From positions 1-64,000 of the forward strand of contig ADNK01000413.1 in the NCBI GenBank assembly GCA_000320545.1: 64,000 nt of DNA. The letters are read 5' to 3'. The notes below the pieces were generated by a model. That model ran no database searches. It had not been told where the DNA came from and was given only the letters and a program-made list of their open reading frames with translations. The translations under genes were made by a program, and so were the position numbers. Source of the DNA: Bigelowiella natans CCMP2755 (lineage: Eukaryota; Protista; Cercozoa). This document shows, in pieces, positions 27,834 to 41,811 of the stretch; position 1 is the stretch's first letter, and the number at the start of each line of letters is the position of its first letter.

Positions 27834-29400
27834 TTGTTTCATTGACTGGTTGCTGTGCATGTCTAGCTAGCTAGCGATGTCAGCAGTGCGTCGCACCAGC
27901 TGCCTGTCTGCCATCACGATGTGCAAATGAACGGATGCAATGAACAAAATCAAACTTGTTGAATGTGGTCATCCTCATGATGTAGCTGTCCACGGTGCAA
28001 TGCAGCAGCTACGATGCGCACAGCGCTGCAATGCATCGTAGCCAATGTTGAATTTGCGTAGCCAGGCGCTTTCCAACACTGTGTGTCTTTGGCAATTTGT
28101 CAATTCGGCAAATTGCAATGCAATCACAGTGCTAGTCACCATGAGTCACAGAGGCCATGTTGTCGCACGCAAGCAAAATCCCTGATGTTGTCAACAATGT
28201 GTTCAAATTGTCTCTGCTGTGCAGCAACATGTCAACGACAATGCAACTTGCACTCACAATGTCAATGACAATGTGACTTGTGTTTGCACGATGTGTGTTT
28301 TGAAATCAATGATTCATCAAAGCACATTTTTGTAGGTGCATGCTGATGATTTTGAACAGATGGTGTTTGTGAGAATCATGCATTGTCAACAGCTGTGTGT
28401 GTCACATTGTTGACAATGTGTGTTCAGAACACACACTGCTGCAATATGACGCAGTGTCGACAGTGCATGTTTCATGCAAACTCACAGTGCACTCACGAAA
28501 ACGACAAAATGTCAAATTGTCATGATGTTGGCACGAGGCGGCGCTGCATGCTAGTCCAGCACATGGAGCATGCTGGCATGGTTTGCACGTGAGTGTCAAA
28601 TGTTGTGAGAAGCCACATGATGCATGTGTTGCTGCGCTAGTCCACGCATTGATGCTCGACTGTGCAGTCACAGCGAACACTTGCTAGCCTTGTGGAACAA
28701 CACGCATGCATGCATGTGACGACGCGAACGCGCAAGCGCATGTGATGCATGCATGCACTGCCCATCGCATCGTCACAATTTGGAGCGACATGCAACAATG
28801 ATGTTGCGTCACTAAATGCAACAACGCATTGATGACTTGATGACTGCCATCATGGACCGCGCAATGCAATGACGAATGACGACACGGAACCAAACAACGA
28901 CTGAAAACATAGCTAAATGAAGAGAAGCACGACATTGTGCTAGATCCGTCTTGCATTGTGCTAGCCATGACACGGTTGCATAGTGAGGCAATCTAGCAAC
29001 ACAGTGTCATTGCAAATTTAATGCGTGCATGCAACGTGTAGTTGTCATAAAACCATAGAGACAATGCCCTCATAGCTACGTTGCACATCAGAATCACGTC
29101 GCTGTTGTTGTCATTCTGCGTAAACCAATATGCACTATGGCACACGAAGCTAAGCTCGTGCTACGCGTATGCAGGGTGGCACTACGAATACGATGATGCT
29201 CAGAGATTACAAGTCAACAATCTAGGACGCGGCTGATGTGACGCTAGGGCGTGTCATATGCAGCGAGGCCACACATACATTACACATACTTATAAGTGAA
29301 CCATTTTTAGATGTATGTGCAACTACAGATGCGTGATAGTATCGTAAAAAATGAGTCATAGTTGATTACAAAAAGAGACAATGCGTATAGTAAATATCTA
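27834..29400. mobile_element. Decayed, TpA-depleted insertion flanked by a 13-bp direct repeat
   Basis: GAGCATTGATTTT at 27821-27833 and 29401-29413 brackets a TG/CA-rich, TA-poor tract with no recognisable coding remnant. Confidence 0.45.
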
Positions 29401-29459
29401 GAGCATTGATTTTGGATATGTTAATCCAGATCTAGCCCACGTCTAAACAGTCGTAGAAA

Positions 29460-30452
29460 TTACGTTGACAACCACAATTGCGCACTTTTCGATTCACCTA
29501 TAGTTGTCCCGTTCGTCTTGATATTTGATGTTATCACCGAGAACTGAAGTGAACGAGAGTACAGATCAGATATTGAACAACGTCAATCCAGAAATTAGAC
29601 ACCTTTACGTGAACGATCCCTTGTGTATGGACATTGTGGGCAATATTCTTAGACGATGCCTTTGCGATGACATCCGGATTCTTCAATTTTGGGAATCCTC
29701 CGACGAAAGAGGCTGCGTAAGGAGCCGTATTTAGTTTTCGAGCAAAAACAGAAAATACACATTAACTGCTTACATGAAATGCTCGTCCAAAAATCTCCCT
29801 GTGGTCTTGAAGTCACAATTTCCACTTCTTGCATTCCAGATGAAAGCGGAACATGGCAAAATCCATATCCAGCTGATTCATATGGTCATTTTGTGTCAGA
29901 TGAAGACGAGATTTGATTTTGGAAGTGGGCACTATTTTTTCATATTTTCTGTCATGAAGTGAAGTGTGTTGAAATTTAATTATTGCCAAACCGAGGTCTA
30001 TCCTATCTTCGTCGTCGATCGAATTCACTTGCACTCTTAATTTTGGCCATCCATGCAATCCAGATGCAGCATATTGCACTTGAATTGGATGATTCAATAC
30101 ACATTTCTTATCAATCTGAAAAAAATGTAGATACATGGTAAGGCACAAGCATTTTTCTTCAAGTAAGTTTGTCCAGTACCATTTCTTCCGCGACCCATGT
30201 AGTCCCGGAAACAAGTCCCTTAACGCATTTCCATTTATCACCTTCAGTGATGAATTTATATTCCACTTGAAGTTCCTGAGTTACTTGCTTGAGAAATAGA
30301 AGATAAAATAGCAATTGGTAATCGTGAAACCTTGCAGCCGAATCCTGAACAGCCCAAAATTTCCCCAATGATTGTAACTGCACAAATAAAGATGTAAATA
30401 CTTCATAAAATCACTAAAAAAGAATGATAGGAATGTGATTACCCAAGGGCAT
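29460..30452 (-). CDS. B9D2: B9-domain ciliary transition-zone protein (B9D2/MKSR2-like), multi-exon
   Basis: Spliced MPLV|TIIGEILGCSGFG, LNHPIQVQYAASGLHGWPKLRVQV, GYGFCHVPLSSG and VHVK|FSVITSN match B9D2 motifs. Confidence 0.82.
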
Positions 30453-31322
30453 CCTATGTGTGCATGCAGTGAGCGACTCAGTGAATTAGGCTGGGAAAAT
30501 TCTTTCTGGCTATGAGGGCTCCATGTAAAGCAGAGAGTTGCCCGTTTTTGGTCTGTAAGACACGAGGTGTCGTTGCTCTTCCTCCTCTACGATCCCTTTT
30601 TGCTGCTTCTCCTGTGGGAGTACTAGTCAGTTACTGATGACTGCTCAGTTAGATCTGTAGTTCTCCCGAGAGTCTCGAAGAATTTTCAAAAGACTTTGTC
30701 CGTTTGTTGCTCCTTTTTCTTTTTTTCTGGAAGAGATTTCTCGCAACATTTTCCGTTAGAAACTTATGAGGTACCGGTACTCTGAGAGATCACCCTGTAC
30801 ACAAGTCGCATGGACTTGCGGATTTTCTCAATTTCTCCAAAATTTCAGTGATCACATCCCTCACGAGAGTCTCCAGAGCCTTTGATTTGTACCCCACCTA
30901 AAAGGGCGTCTGACTCATACCCCACCCTCACCGTGAAAGGCCCTGCCTTTTTTGATGCCTCTGTCACCACGAGAATACATCTCTCATGTCGCGTCTAAAC
31001 AGATCCCCAACGTTTTAGCCAAAAGAACATGACAATTCTGTGGTGTCACAGACCGGTGGTCTAATTATTTGGTCAAACCCGGACCAATATTTGTCGATAA
31101 TGTGAATTATCCGTTGTCGTAAGAGAGATATTGGAGTAGATTCCGTTTTCACAGAGCACTTCAATTTCACCCACAAGTTTCGAACACTGGAGCCCCCCCT
31201 GGCTAGCTGGCCAGCGTCATCTACTCCATCGGGTAAAAGGTAGCAAGCACGAAAAGGGCTTCCTGGTAATTTGTTACTCATCATATAACTTCATACTGTG
31301 TCCAGATGACGCAGGCCCAGAT

Positions 31323-32416
31323 ATGGTCCCAGATACCTTCGACATTCGAAAGCAGTCTCGAGGCTGCAAGCGCGAAAGACGAATGGCTCTACTGCTATTC
31401 TTGATCATTGGGATGTTTTCCTATCAGCATCAATTCTTTCCTCAGCAGAACTCTGGTAGGAATCTGGGAGCCTTAGGAGATGTTGTTCGCGGTCCTATCA
31501 AAGTTTTGTCCGGTCTGCCAGCTGTACGGGCTGTCGGGAAGGGACTTCGAAACAAGGACTATGTTTTTGACCACCTCACAACGCAAGTAAAGAAGATGGT
31601 GCCCAAGACTCGTTTTCGCGATCGTAGCAGAACTGTGCGATCTGTAGAGCACATGAATCGTCTACTTAACCGCCTGCCCCTCAAGAAGCTCTCTGTGAAA
31701 GGCCAGGGTAATGATGCTAGCATTACTCACCAGCCTGTCTCTGTCTGAGAAGTTTATTGCGTCATCAGGTGATACTGCCGCGAACTTACGCTCTCATCCG
31801 GTTCTAAAGATAATGCGGCAGCGGATTGAAAAGGGCTACAGGTTGCGATTTTCCCTGTCTGGATTCAGGAACACGGCATATGCTCACTGAATTGTAACTG
31901 TGCAGGCCTGGACAAATGCGAGATGGGAATAAAATTGCATTGGCTATTGAGGGAGGTGGTATGCGTGGAGCTGTTTCAGCCGGAATGGCACATGCCGTCT
32001 CTGTCCTGGGTCTAAATGATGCTATCGATTGCGTGTACGGCAGCTCTGCGGTATGTGTCAGTAACTGAGAAAGAAGGGCAAAGGAAGTACACTGATAAAT
32101 CGTTGTACTGCTTTTTCCAGGGTAGTATTGTTGGTGCGTATTTTGTGTCACGTCAATGGCGGGCAACAGGGATTTACAGAGATCTCCTTCCATGTGCCAA
32201 AGATAGATTTTTGGACATCCGGCATCTCATCCCAGCGCTTGTTCCCTCCCGTGGGCTTGAGTCGCGCGCGGAGTTAGAAGAAGTGTCACCTCTAAAATCG
32301 GGATGGAGAGGGGGAGGTCTTGGAGAGGTTTTCAACCTTACATTCCTTCTAGAAGATATTATGGGTATAGCACACACAAAAGATATTATACGCTTCCCTC
32401 CCTCATCTATTCACTG

Positions 32417-32453
<37 letters not shown>

Positions 32454-32490
32454 CATACATATTTGCTAAATATTACCTAACATTAACTCT

Positions 32491-32559
<69 letters not shown>

Positions 32560-34185
32560 CGTGGTGTAAACGATATCCAGGAAATGCGGGTCATTATCCT
32601 CTTGATTGGGAAACTTTTGTCCGTAACAACGAACACCAGGTTTGTTATCTCTCCTTTACATTTCATGTGATGATGATCAAAACGTTGTGATTATACACAT
32701 GCCCAATTCGATCATCATTAACTCCACCCTTTCTTACATTTAAACAGCCCCTCCATATAGTCGCTGCAGCTCCTTTGACCCGGCGTTCAGTGCGCCTTAC
32801 ACAGCAGGACGGGCATTTCGATTCACTTTCTGAGTTGTTTTCTTGTATGAGGGCCTCTATGTGCGTCCCCGGGCTTGCCGGACCACCGCAGTATCTTGAG
32901 CCACATCAATCAGGCAGCCATCTTCACCATCTCGGGGAGGATTGGGGAGCTATGTCTGGACGATGCGAACCTCTCGTATGTGTATAATTCAAATTTCTCC
33001 CCACCATTTACTGAGGAAGTTAGTAAAGCTTAAAACAAAAACATACTATGTTGGCAGGTTGACGCCTTACTGTATGAGCCGATTCCTTATCGCCAGGCCG
33101 TGAAAGACGGAGCAACACATGTGTTGGTGAGAATACATCGAGTTTCGTACATAATATGCGATCTCTTGAAGCCATAGTGACGTGACCCCAAAAAAATAAA
33201 TAGGTTTTAAGGACGCGAGCAGAGGATGCGGAGGTCCTGGGAGAAACGAATGCTGGCGGGATATGGGAGCACCATATCTGCGACAACTATTTCAAGCGAT
33301 ATGGATTGCACAATGCTGCCCAGTTCATGAAGCAGTTGGGAGATAAAAGGATCTATGCAGAGGATGTTCTCACGTTCGATTCTGCTGCAAACGGGGACTG
33401 TGTGCAACCACCGGCACCCTTTGGCGAGAGGAAGCAAACGATGAAACAGACATTCATCATGAATATGGTGCCACCGGAGGGGTAGTATATCAACAATTAA
33501 ATGGGAGAACTTAAAAGGTATAACGAGGGGTACGACTGATGATCTCATTTGTTGTTATTGTTTCTAGTTGCTCCGTAACAGAGATGGAAATGGATCGTGA
33601 AAAGATCCTTCTTGGACTTAGAAAAGGGTAAAGAAGAAGACAAAATTTTCGTAGTAAAGTCGGTTGTTGAACGAAAACCTCACTTCATTCGGTATTTGGC
33701 CGGAAATATGTAGGTTTGCTGCTGCGTTTGACGCTCTTGCCACAGACGAGCAACTAGCAGCAGCAGGAGGATCTGGAAACCGAGCCGCTGAGGAGGCATT
33801 TCCAGAGAGCTGTATGCTGTCTGAATATGACTTTACTGTGCAAGCACGGGAGAGGCTTCTCGAAGCTGGTGTAAAGGTAGATGATGATGATGATGTCGGT
33901 GACGATGATGATATGAAATAATTCCAAATGAGGGCGGCTATTCTTTAATTTATGAACTGAAATTTTTAAATGATATCACAGATTTATAAAGAAACCGATC
34001 GTAATTCACGCCTGCTAAAAGTTCTAGATGCAGCCTCATCCCTGGCCACTATGCCAATACGAGCACCTTATTCTCTTTTCACGAAGCTGCGTGATCGTAG
34101 ACGTGAGAGGAAACTTAGCAACAAGAGAATGCACCTGTCGAAGGAAGGACAAGTTGCTCATATTCCTGCTGATCCTGCAAGCTAG
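31323..34185 (+). CDS. Patatin-like phospholipase with hydrophobic N-terminal presequence, multi-exon
   Basis: Oxyanion motif LAIEGGGMRGAVSAGM (~31.94 kb); nucleophile elbow VYGSSA|G; ASMCVPGLAGPP; VDALLYEPIPY. The start could be 31323 or 31383. Confidence 0.82.
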
Positions 34186-34279
34186 TCGTCAATAAAGCTG
34201 TTACAGTAAACACAGAGATTCAAGACAAAGCTTCGGCCATTAATATATTTGGATACAATTAAACTAATTGTTCAGCAAC

Positions 34280-34990
34280 TTGTGTAGCTAGCTAGTAGCA
34301 CAGTGTACACAGCAAGAAGTATGTACAGATTATATATCGCAGCAATACATGTCCACGTATCGTTGTCATTACATTTATACTTTAAAAAAACTTTGATTTA
34401 AAGATCTCACTTTTGTTTGTTCTCACTATAAATGTCAAACATTGTGTTCATCTTGTGCGCACGCCTTGCACAGTCCATGCACTACGATACTCTAGATACT
34501 GCTACGTACATCATTGTAGCTATCTTAAATCATGTAAAATGAAGTAGAGTCTTTTTTCATACGGTCATTGTAGCACATATTTGACACATTGCTACGACTA
34601 GCTATGCCAGTCGTGGCCATTCGTGCCGTATGACACTGTGGCATCGACTCTTAGCTCATCTGACTTGTGAGACGGGTGTAGTTAATCGAAATGATTACAT
34701 TTGCATCTGTTGACTTATCTAGTTGTACGAGACGGATGTAGCGCATTGATTAAATCTTTTCAAGGGTCATCCTAATGTAGCTACATGTGCAATGCAGCGG
34801 CTGCACGCTTGTGTTGTGTCTGTTTGTTTCCATCTGATGACTTGCATGCACAGCGCTCATTAGATTGTGTTTGTTAGTTTGTGCAATTGTGTGTGTCATG
34901 CTAGCGCTTGAGGAGGCCTAGCTAGCTAGCTAGAGGCGTTGATGATCGATGATGCTGCGCGCGCGCGACGTAAATGTACTACTAGCACAT
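34280..34990. other. Partly TpA-depleted intergenic patch between the convergent patatin and CK1 3' ends
   Basis: gctagctagctag runs and TG/CA excess; carries a copy of the short dispersed repeat at 34729-34802. Confidence 0.5.
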
Positions 34991-35016
34991 ATCTACTATA
35001 TAAATAGAATATACAT

Positions 35017-35078
<62 letters not shown>

Positions 35079-35484
35079 ATTGTGTACATTAGTACACGTG
35101 TATGTGCGTGTTACATGCACACATACAGAGAGTTAGTTATTACGCTGTGCTCGATATGTACAACCTAGACAGTAACTGTGACTATTTAGTGTGTGCTTCT
35201 TACTATAGGCAGGTACTGCGTGGAGAATACAGAATGATATTTACTACTAAAATATTTATTTATCATAATAATAGTCTCAATTAGTCGCCCCCGCTAAACC
35301 CCTTATCTCGGGTTCATCTATCTCACAGCAATGCCTTACATATCGGCCTAAATGCATATTTTTTTGTATGCTTTATTGTGTGCCATGTTGTTTTCATTAT
35401 TTTATCACTCTCCCAAACAATTTACATGTGATGGAAGGTGGAAGGATTTATTCGCGCTCCCATTTTTTAAAAATTAGAACATCT

Positions 35485-36615
35485 TCAATTGTCACCAGAA
35501 TTCGACACATAAGGCTTCGATGCCTTCGCACTGATGTGCTTCTTAAGATCTTCGATCTCTTTACGCATCATCTTCATTTTTTCTTCCTGCTCTGCGCATT
35601 TCTTTTTGAGCTGGTCTCTATCGGCTTGAAGCTTCATGTAGGCCTCGCTTATGTCCTGCTGCTGCCGGTACCTAGGTTCATTTAAATACCGGACGCCAAT
35701 ATCCATTGACTTGGGCTCCGGATTAGACTTGATCATCCAGTCGAAGATCCAGTCATCCCGATATGCACAATTCTTAAAGAGCTCAGAGAAGAGGGAACGA
35801 AGGTATATGTAGTTTGGTTTTTGGGAGAAGCGGAGCTCTTTGCAGTAGTTGAGGTACAGTGCGAACTCCTTTGGGAAACCCTTGCAGAGGGCCTCGACAG
35901 GGATGGATTCCTTGCGGTTTCCAATCTTATCGTATTTCTCCTGTTTGGTACGAGCTTTTAGGCCCTGCCATGGGAGTTTACCCAGGTTAAAATACATGAG
36001 CATATAGCCTAGAGATTCTAAATCATCACGTCTGCTCTGCTCTATTCCATGATGGGTGCAGATGCTGGCGTAGCGAGGAGTTCCTGTGAATTTTTTTTTG
36101 TCTCGGTACCGAATGTGCTCGAGTGTGGTCGGATGCATGTAGCGCTTACTTAATCCCATATCGATGGCAAAGAGGATTTTCTTGTTGCTGTTTCTGCCCA
36201 TAAGGAAATTGTCTGGTTTGATGTCACGGTGGAGGAAGAAGCATTTGTGCACGTGCTCAATACGATCAATCAACTGAATCGCAAGCATTAGTATCGTCTT
36301 CATGCTAAATTTACGACCGCATTTTGTATATAAAGATTCCAAGCTCTCCCCTAGAAGATCCATGACCATAACGTTGCATTTGCCAGCAGTGCCACACCAA
36401 TGCACGTTTGGAATGCCTGTTCCAGATTCTAAAGCTCTGTAAACTTTGTATTCGTACGTGAGCTGAGGATACTTTGTGTTTTTATTTTCCAATTTTATGG
36501 CCACAGGCTCCTTGGTTCGGACATTTTCTCCTAAATATATATCACCAAAGGAGCCGCTGCCGATTTTGTGCTTCATGCGATACTTCGTCTTGTTTCCTAT
36601 CAAAATCTCCGCCAT
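35485..36615 (-). CDS. CSNK1: Casein kinase 1 family Ser/Thr kinase, intronless
   Basis: [48 protein letters not shown] and LPWQGLKA; the DFG motif reads DMG. Confidence 0.95.
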   Translation of the reverse strand: MAEILIGNKTKYRMKHKIGSGSFGDIYLGENVRTKEPVAIKLENKNTKYPQLTYEYKVYRALESGTGIPNVHWCGTAGKCNVMVMDLLGESLESLYTKCGRKFSMKTILMLAIQLIDRIEHVHKCFFLHRDIKPDNFLMGRNSNKKILFAIDMGLSKRYMHPTTLEHIRYRDKKKFTGTPRYASICTHHGIEQSRRDDLESLGYMLMYFNLGKLPWQGLKARTKQEKYDKIGNRKESIPVEALCKGFPKEFALYLNYCKELRFSQKPNYIYLRSLFSELFKNCAYRDDWIFDWMIKSNPEPKSMDIGVRYLNEPRYRQQQDISEAYMKLQADRDQLKKKCAEQEEKMKMMRKEIEDLKKHISAKASKPYVSNSGDN

Positions 36616-37052
36616 CCTTGCTTTTCCTGAAAGCCTATGTGCTATCGATACTCTTTGTTGACTTCCAATTGCCCCCTTTGTCCCCCAGTGGACCGGCAGT
36701 AAAGCAGCACAAGGGGTTGGCGGCTTTTTGAAAGGGGTCGGGGCTACGACCTAAATGATGTGTGTCATTGTCCAGGCTCATGCCAAAAAAAGTCGGTACA
36801 GCACCCAACTATCGCCTATTTCTCCCCCGACTACCTTGTCGCATCAGGAAATCCTGCTGGAATATCAAATTAAAGGATTTTCCTCGAGGAAATTCCAGTG
36901 TACAAGGCTATCCCTGGCTAATTCCCCAAGACGGAAAGGAAGAGACGCCTACTTTTCCCATCACCCAGGAGAGAGTTGTAGCTCGCTTTTCCGTCCGAAA
37001 TACGCTTGATATCCCTGTCGCAGATACAGAACAGTCTTGATTTAAACTAAAG

Positions 37053-37178
37053 ATGCTCTATCGTCATCGGAACGGGAACAAGTCGAATAGATCAGGCAGA
37101 ATGGCAGACGTGGCCTAGGCTGCATCTGCTCACCAAGGCTACTCGACCAGTAACTCTTTCTGCTGATGTAAAACTATA

Positions 37179-37230
<52 letters not shown>

Positions 37231-37245
37231 TACCTGTATAATTAT

Positions 37246-37282
<37 letters not shown>

Positions 37283-38209
37283 TCAAGCGAGTTTTTGGAT
37301 GTGTTGGAATAGATAAGAACCCCATTGGCACAAGGCGGAAAGCAAAATGGGATCTGACACTGCTAAAGCGTCCAGGAGAATACCATTTATGGCGATGACC
37401 TCGATCTCCGCAGCAACGCGGAAGATGCAGTCACTAGGTCACTATTTCTAGTATATTTCTATCTTCAGCTGTGTTAAGCTTCGTTGTAATAATGTAGGAT
37501 TGGGAATTGTCGTACTCCCATTATTTTTCCTCCTCGTTATGATCTTGGGGTTTCCAACTTCAAGGGGAGAGTTTATGATGAACACCGCTACGGCAGGAAG
37601 CAACAGTGGGCCAGAGGTAAAGCAGGCCATTGATCTCGTCATCTTTGCGGCCACGATGTACCCGAACATCTCAACTCCGAGATTTAAGGAAGTAAGTTTT
37701 ATCAAGTGTCGTAGCAGAGCAGTGCTCGTAGTAGACGCCATTCACTTGGCATTTGAGTACAACCACTTTAAGAATTTAAGGTGTGAATCTGCTCTTTCAA
37801 TGTTAGTCTATCGCATCAATTAAAAATGCCCGCGATGCTGGCTTCAATGTCGCCGTCTGCGACAACTCTCCCAGTGAGGAAGTGCGGCAAATAATGCGTA
37901 AGGCAGGAGCCGTTGTTAGAAAGCAATCGAAAAAAGGTCAATGAAATGAATGACACTAGAGCATATCTTTTGAATGAATACGAATAGGGAAGGGGAAATA
38001 TGCCATTGTTTCAGCTTGCGTGAAAGTAGAAATTGACAAAATGATAATGAATACAAAGGCAAGAAAGGCGTAGGTTTGAGAGAGGCGCTGGAGCTTGCAG
38101 CACGCATGGTTAAGGGGAAGAATAACCACGCCATCCTTGCTTTCCAGGTGTGTGAGAAAATTTCCTTCCTGAATCTGACATTATGTTCCTTAGTCACGTA
38201 CAAATTTGA

Positions 38210-38250
<41 letters not shown>

Positions 38251-38476
38251 ATGTTCGTGCGTTTGTGTTGTGAATGAAGGAATTAGAGAAAGGAGATATG
38301 CCATTGCACTGGGATTTTATCAGAAAGGTTGTTCTCGGCATCACTACCTCTTGTTGTGAAACCGTTCTGTGGTAGAGAGACACATATCCAATACTTAATG
38401 AACACACGTTAATCTTGCACATGCAATTCATATAAGTTTTACATTATTTATATTTAATATATATCAATCAATACAT

Positions 38477-38524
<48 letters not shown>

Positions 38525-38530
38525 TATGTG

Positions 38531-38574
<44 letters not shown>

Positions 38575-40159
38575 CGTGTTTGTGTGTGCGTGTTATATGT
38601 AGAGGATGGAATATCTGCGTGCTGACATCGCCGTGCCTAAAAGAGATGACTCGTACTTCGGGAAAACGTAATTATTTCATTGTCAGAAAGATGATGATCT
38701 TCACATTCTTCTGCGGCTCCTTCATTTGTTTGCTGCTCACTTACTACCAACACTGTTAGGTATCCGATTGGCCAGTACCACTCCGAATCATTTGGTTGTT
38801 GTCTGTGTGGAACCCTGCATTCTCTCCCCCTCCCCCCCCTCCCCCCCCTCACCGCCCCTTGTTTGTATTCCCTTCGTCGTGTCTAGTTTTGCCTTTTACA
38901 CGTTTGCCAATGTTAATTAAAGTATCCAACTGCATTTTGGAAAGGAATAAGCTTGTAAGTATGAAAAATAGCAAGATGACGTAAACCGTGAACCTAATAA
39001 CAGGCGCAGCATACCTTAATGCAATGGCTCGCGAGAAGCTGAGGATGGTTGGGATGTCTGGATCTAGCAATGACGGCCTCGACAGTGACCAGAATTATCG
39101 CTTTCCCAATGCTGCTGCTCACAAAAGCAAGTCCGGTTCTAGTGGTGGAAGAAACAGAACTGCGAATAAGTACTACAGTAGCAGCAAATGGCAGGACATC
39201 GACTGGCTGTTTGGGCCCTTTGCGTTCAGAAAGGTGGTGGTGATGATGGCGATATTGCTTCTAGTTTATCAGGGAGCTACGCAACGATAATAACGATCAT
39301 GATGATGATGACGATGAATAGTAATGAATAATAATGATGAAGACGACAACGATGATGATGCTGGTCGAGATTCCAGTGCTGTGCATTTTAGATATTAACG
39401 GCACAAAAGTAAGGCATGTGAGTACGGCAGGAATGGGCCGACTTCTGGTTACGCTATGATGGTAGCTTGTGGGATGCTCAGGTTTTCTAATAGTATTTGC
39501 CAGCAATAATACATATATGAGACAGCCGCACCTCATTTCCGACTAGATTTCAGTTTCTACTACAAGCAGCACTCACGCAGCACTTCTTCGTTTCTGCCAC
39601 CATACCACGATGAATACAATTGTTACTCGCAAAGCAGTAAAGGGATCGAGTTTAAATAGTTTGGACATCTGTAGATGATGAGTCAACGAATAATAAGAGG
39701 GTCCTTTTTGTTTTTTTATAACTATCTTTCAGATCTTGCCTATGGTATATGCCATTCGGAGTGGTGCGAAGATTATCTCTGTGGAGGTTCTGTTAAGACG
39801 TATTAGGGAACTTGTGTCAAATCGAGTCTCGTGGTTTAAATTATTATTTTTTCCAGGTGGAGTTTAAAGCAAGTGTAATGATGCACGATGAGGAGGAAGG
39901 AAATCCAAAGTGATGATGCGTGATGATGATGATAATAATAATAATGATGATAACGAAGTTGATATCGATAATTATGGTGATATAGATGATGATGATGTCG
40001 TTGAGAATAAAACAAAATAAGGACCAATTGCAAGTATTTCTTGATAATGTTTCTGTTATAATAGTTTTCCTTTGCAAAATATTAAATTGTATTTCCTATC
40101 ACCGATAACTTGTTAAGACAGAAAGCTGAATAATTGACAGATTTTAGTTGTTGTCCCAC

Positions 40160-40196
<37 letters not shown>

Positions 40197-40254
40197 ATGC
40201 TCCATACTATTTACATTTTCGTCTCCCCCCCTCCCCCCCTTTCTGTGCGCGCGT

Positions 40255-40300
<46 letters not shown>

Positions 40301-40596
40301 ACGCAATTTCAATATCTTTTAATGTTGTACCGATTTGTAGAAACCTGCTTGTTTGAGCTGGACTGATAAAATATATACACATTCAATATATAACAAGATT
40401 CTTGTTGAAGAGAAGGCAGCAGCTGGAAGCGCTGCTGCCAACTATCGAAGAATCCCTCTCTGGTGCCTCGTTAGAATTATGTAACAGCAATGATGATGAT
40501 AGTAATAACGACGATACGGATATCAAAAATGATGATGAAGATGTAGTTGTGGATAACGACGACACTGATGATTATTTGAGCACCGCCGATTATTGA
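37053..40596 (+). CDS. Multi-exon gene, probable membrane-anchored GT-A-fold (glycosyltransferase-like) protein
   Basis: Exon fragments: TM segment IVVLPLFFLLVMILG, AVCDNSP, KGVGLREAL, ELEKGD, IDWLFGPFAFRK, WDAQ|ILPMVYAIRSG..ISVE, EEEGNPK and KRRQQLEALLP. Start and exon structure are uncertain. Confidence 0.5.
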
Positions 40597-40859
40597 GGCG
40601 CACCACACCTTCTAGCTACTACTCTTCTGTACTTAGAGCTATTCGTTGTCACGATCTTACATATAATTCTATACAGGGCCTGTTCCTGACTACACGCACG
40701 AAATCAGGGCGCGTATAGTGGATGCAGCCAAGATTCTGGCGTAAGTTTGTGTAGTATCGCGTGAGCAGTGAACGTGCCTCGTCTGCGCGCTCCCTAATAT
40801 TAAGCCGGCGTTCTAGCATATAATAACTACCAGCGTTAACATTTCATTATCATTACCAC

Positions 40860-41811
40860 AGCGTGTGTTGCGAGGGTGTGCATTAATTGTTGCCATTTGA
40901 TGTGCACGCTGTCATACAAACGTTGCATGGTGCATGGCATCAATCAGCATAGACGACAATAGCGAGAATTGTGCAATGAGCAGAAAGAGAGGTAATTATT
41001 GTGGCACTCAATGATGCTCGCTACGTGCACACGTTCAGCTACGCTAGTACGCCACGCGCACGCGCATGCACATCGATCATGGCGGCAATTCTATTTGTAT
41101 GCGCAGAACGTTAATTGCGTGCGTGCACATGCTAATGTGTACGTGGAATGCACCAACACGACCAATGATGCAATCGATGAATGCCGCGTGCGCGTTGTTG
41201 ACGCCGACAGCAGGGGCGGGCACGCTAGCTAACAAGCACCGGAGCCTTGCAAGAGCTAGACAGCATGACAGCTGCAAGAGAGACGGACACAATGATCAAT
41301 CAAATTGAATTTGTTCAATGACTGGTCATCCTCATGTAGCTGTGCAGCAATGCTAGAATGCAGCGGCTAAGCGATGATGACAGACACAGTGACATCACAC
41401 ATGCAGAACACAAGTCACATCACAAGTGATCAAGTGACATCATGCACATGGCGGAGGAGCACACATTGCATTCACATGTCCATCATTCAGCGCTGTTGAT
41501 GTCAAATCTGTTGGTCTTCGCTGTGATCGAGCGTGTGACATTTCATGCAACAATGTGTTGTGACGACCACAGCTGTGACGATGGGCAACAAGTGGGGCGG
41601 TGCTCAGTGAGCAGTCTAGCAGTGCTGCTCTGGCTAGCTAGCACTGCTGCAGATTGCTAGATTGCCTGTGCGTGGCTGTCACTTGTGGCCGCCAGCTGGA
41701 GCACTGCAGAGCGCCATGCCAGAGCGCATGCATGCTGCAGCTCGCGGACACGTGCATGCGCATGCACTAGCGCTAGCTAGGACAATCAGCCACATGGAAC
41801 GCGCGTGTGCT
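40860..41811. other. TpA-depleted decayed repeat-like DNA flanking the left TIR
   Basis: Few TA outside CTA/TAG; contains a copy of the short dispersed repeat at 41278-41368. Confidence 0.6.

Noticed and set aside
28083-28968. Cys/His/Met-rich ORFs here and at 41.0-41.85 kb and 60.7-60.9 kb
   Set aside because: They are by-products of TAA/TAG depletion, with no recognisable domains.
41800-41811. Target-site duplication of the PLV (left gtgtgc and right gcacac at 60628 could both derive from GTATAC)
   Set aside because: It needs assumed editing plus a 1-bp offset, and the sequences could equally be an extension of the inverted repeat. Exact termini are unresolved.
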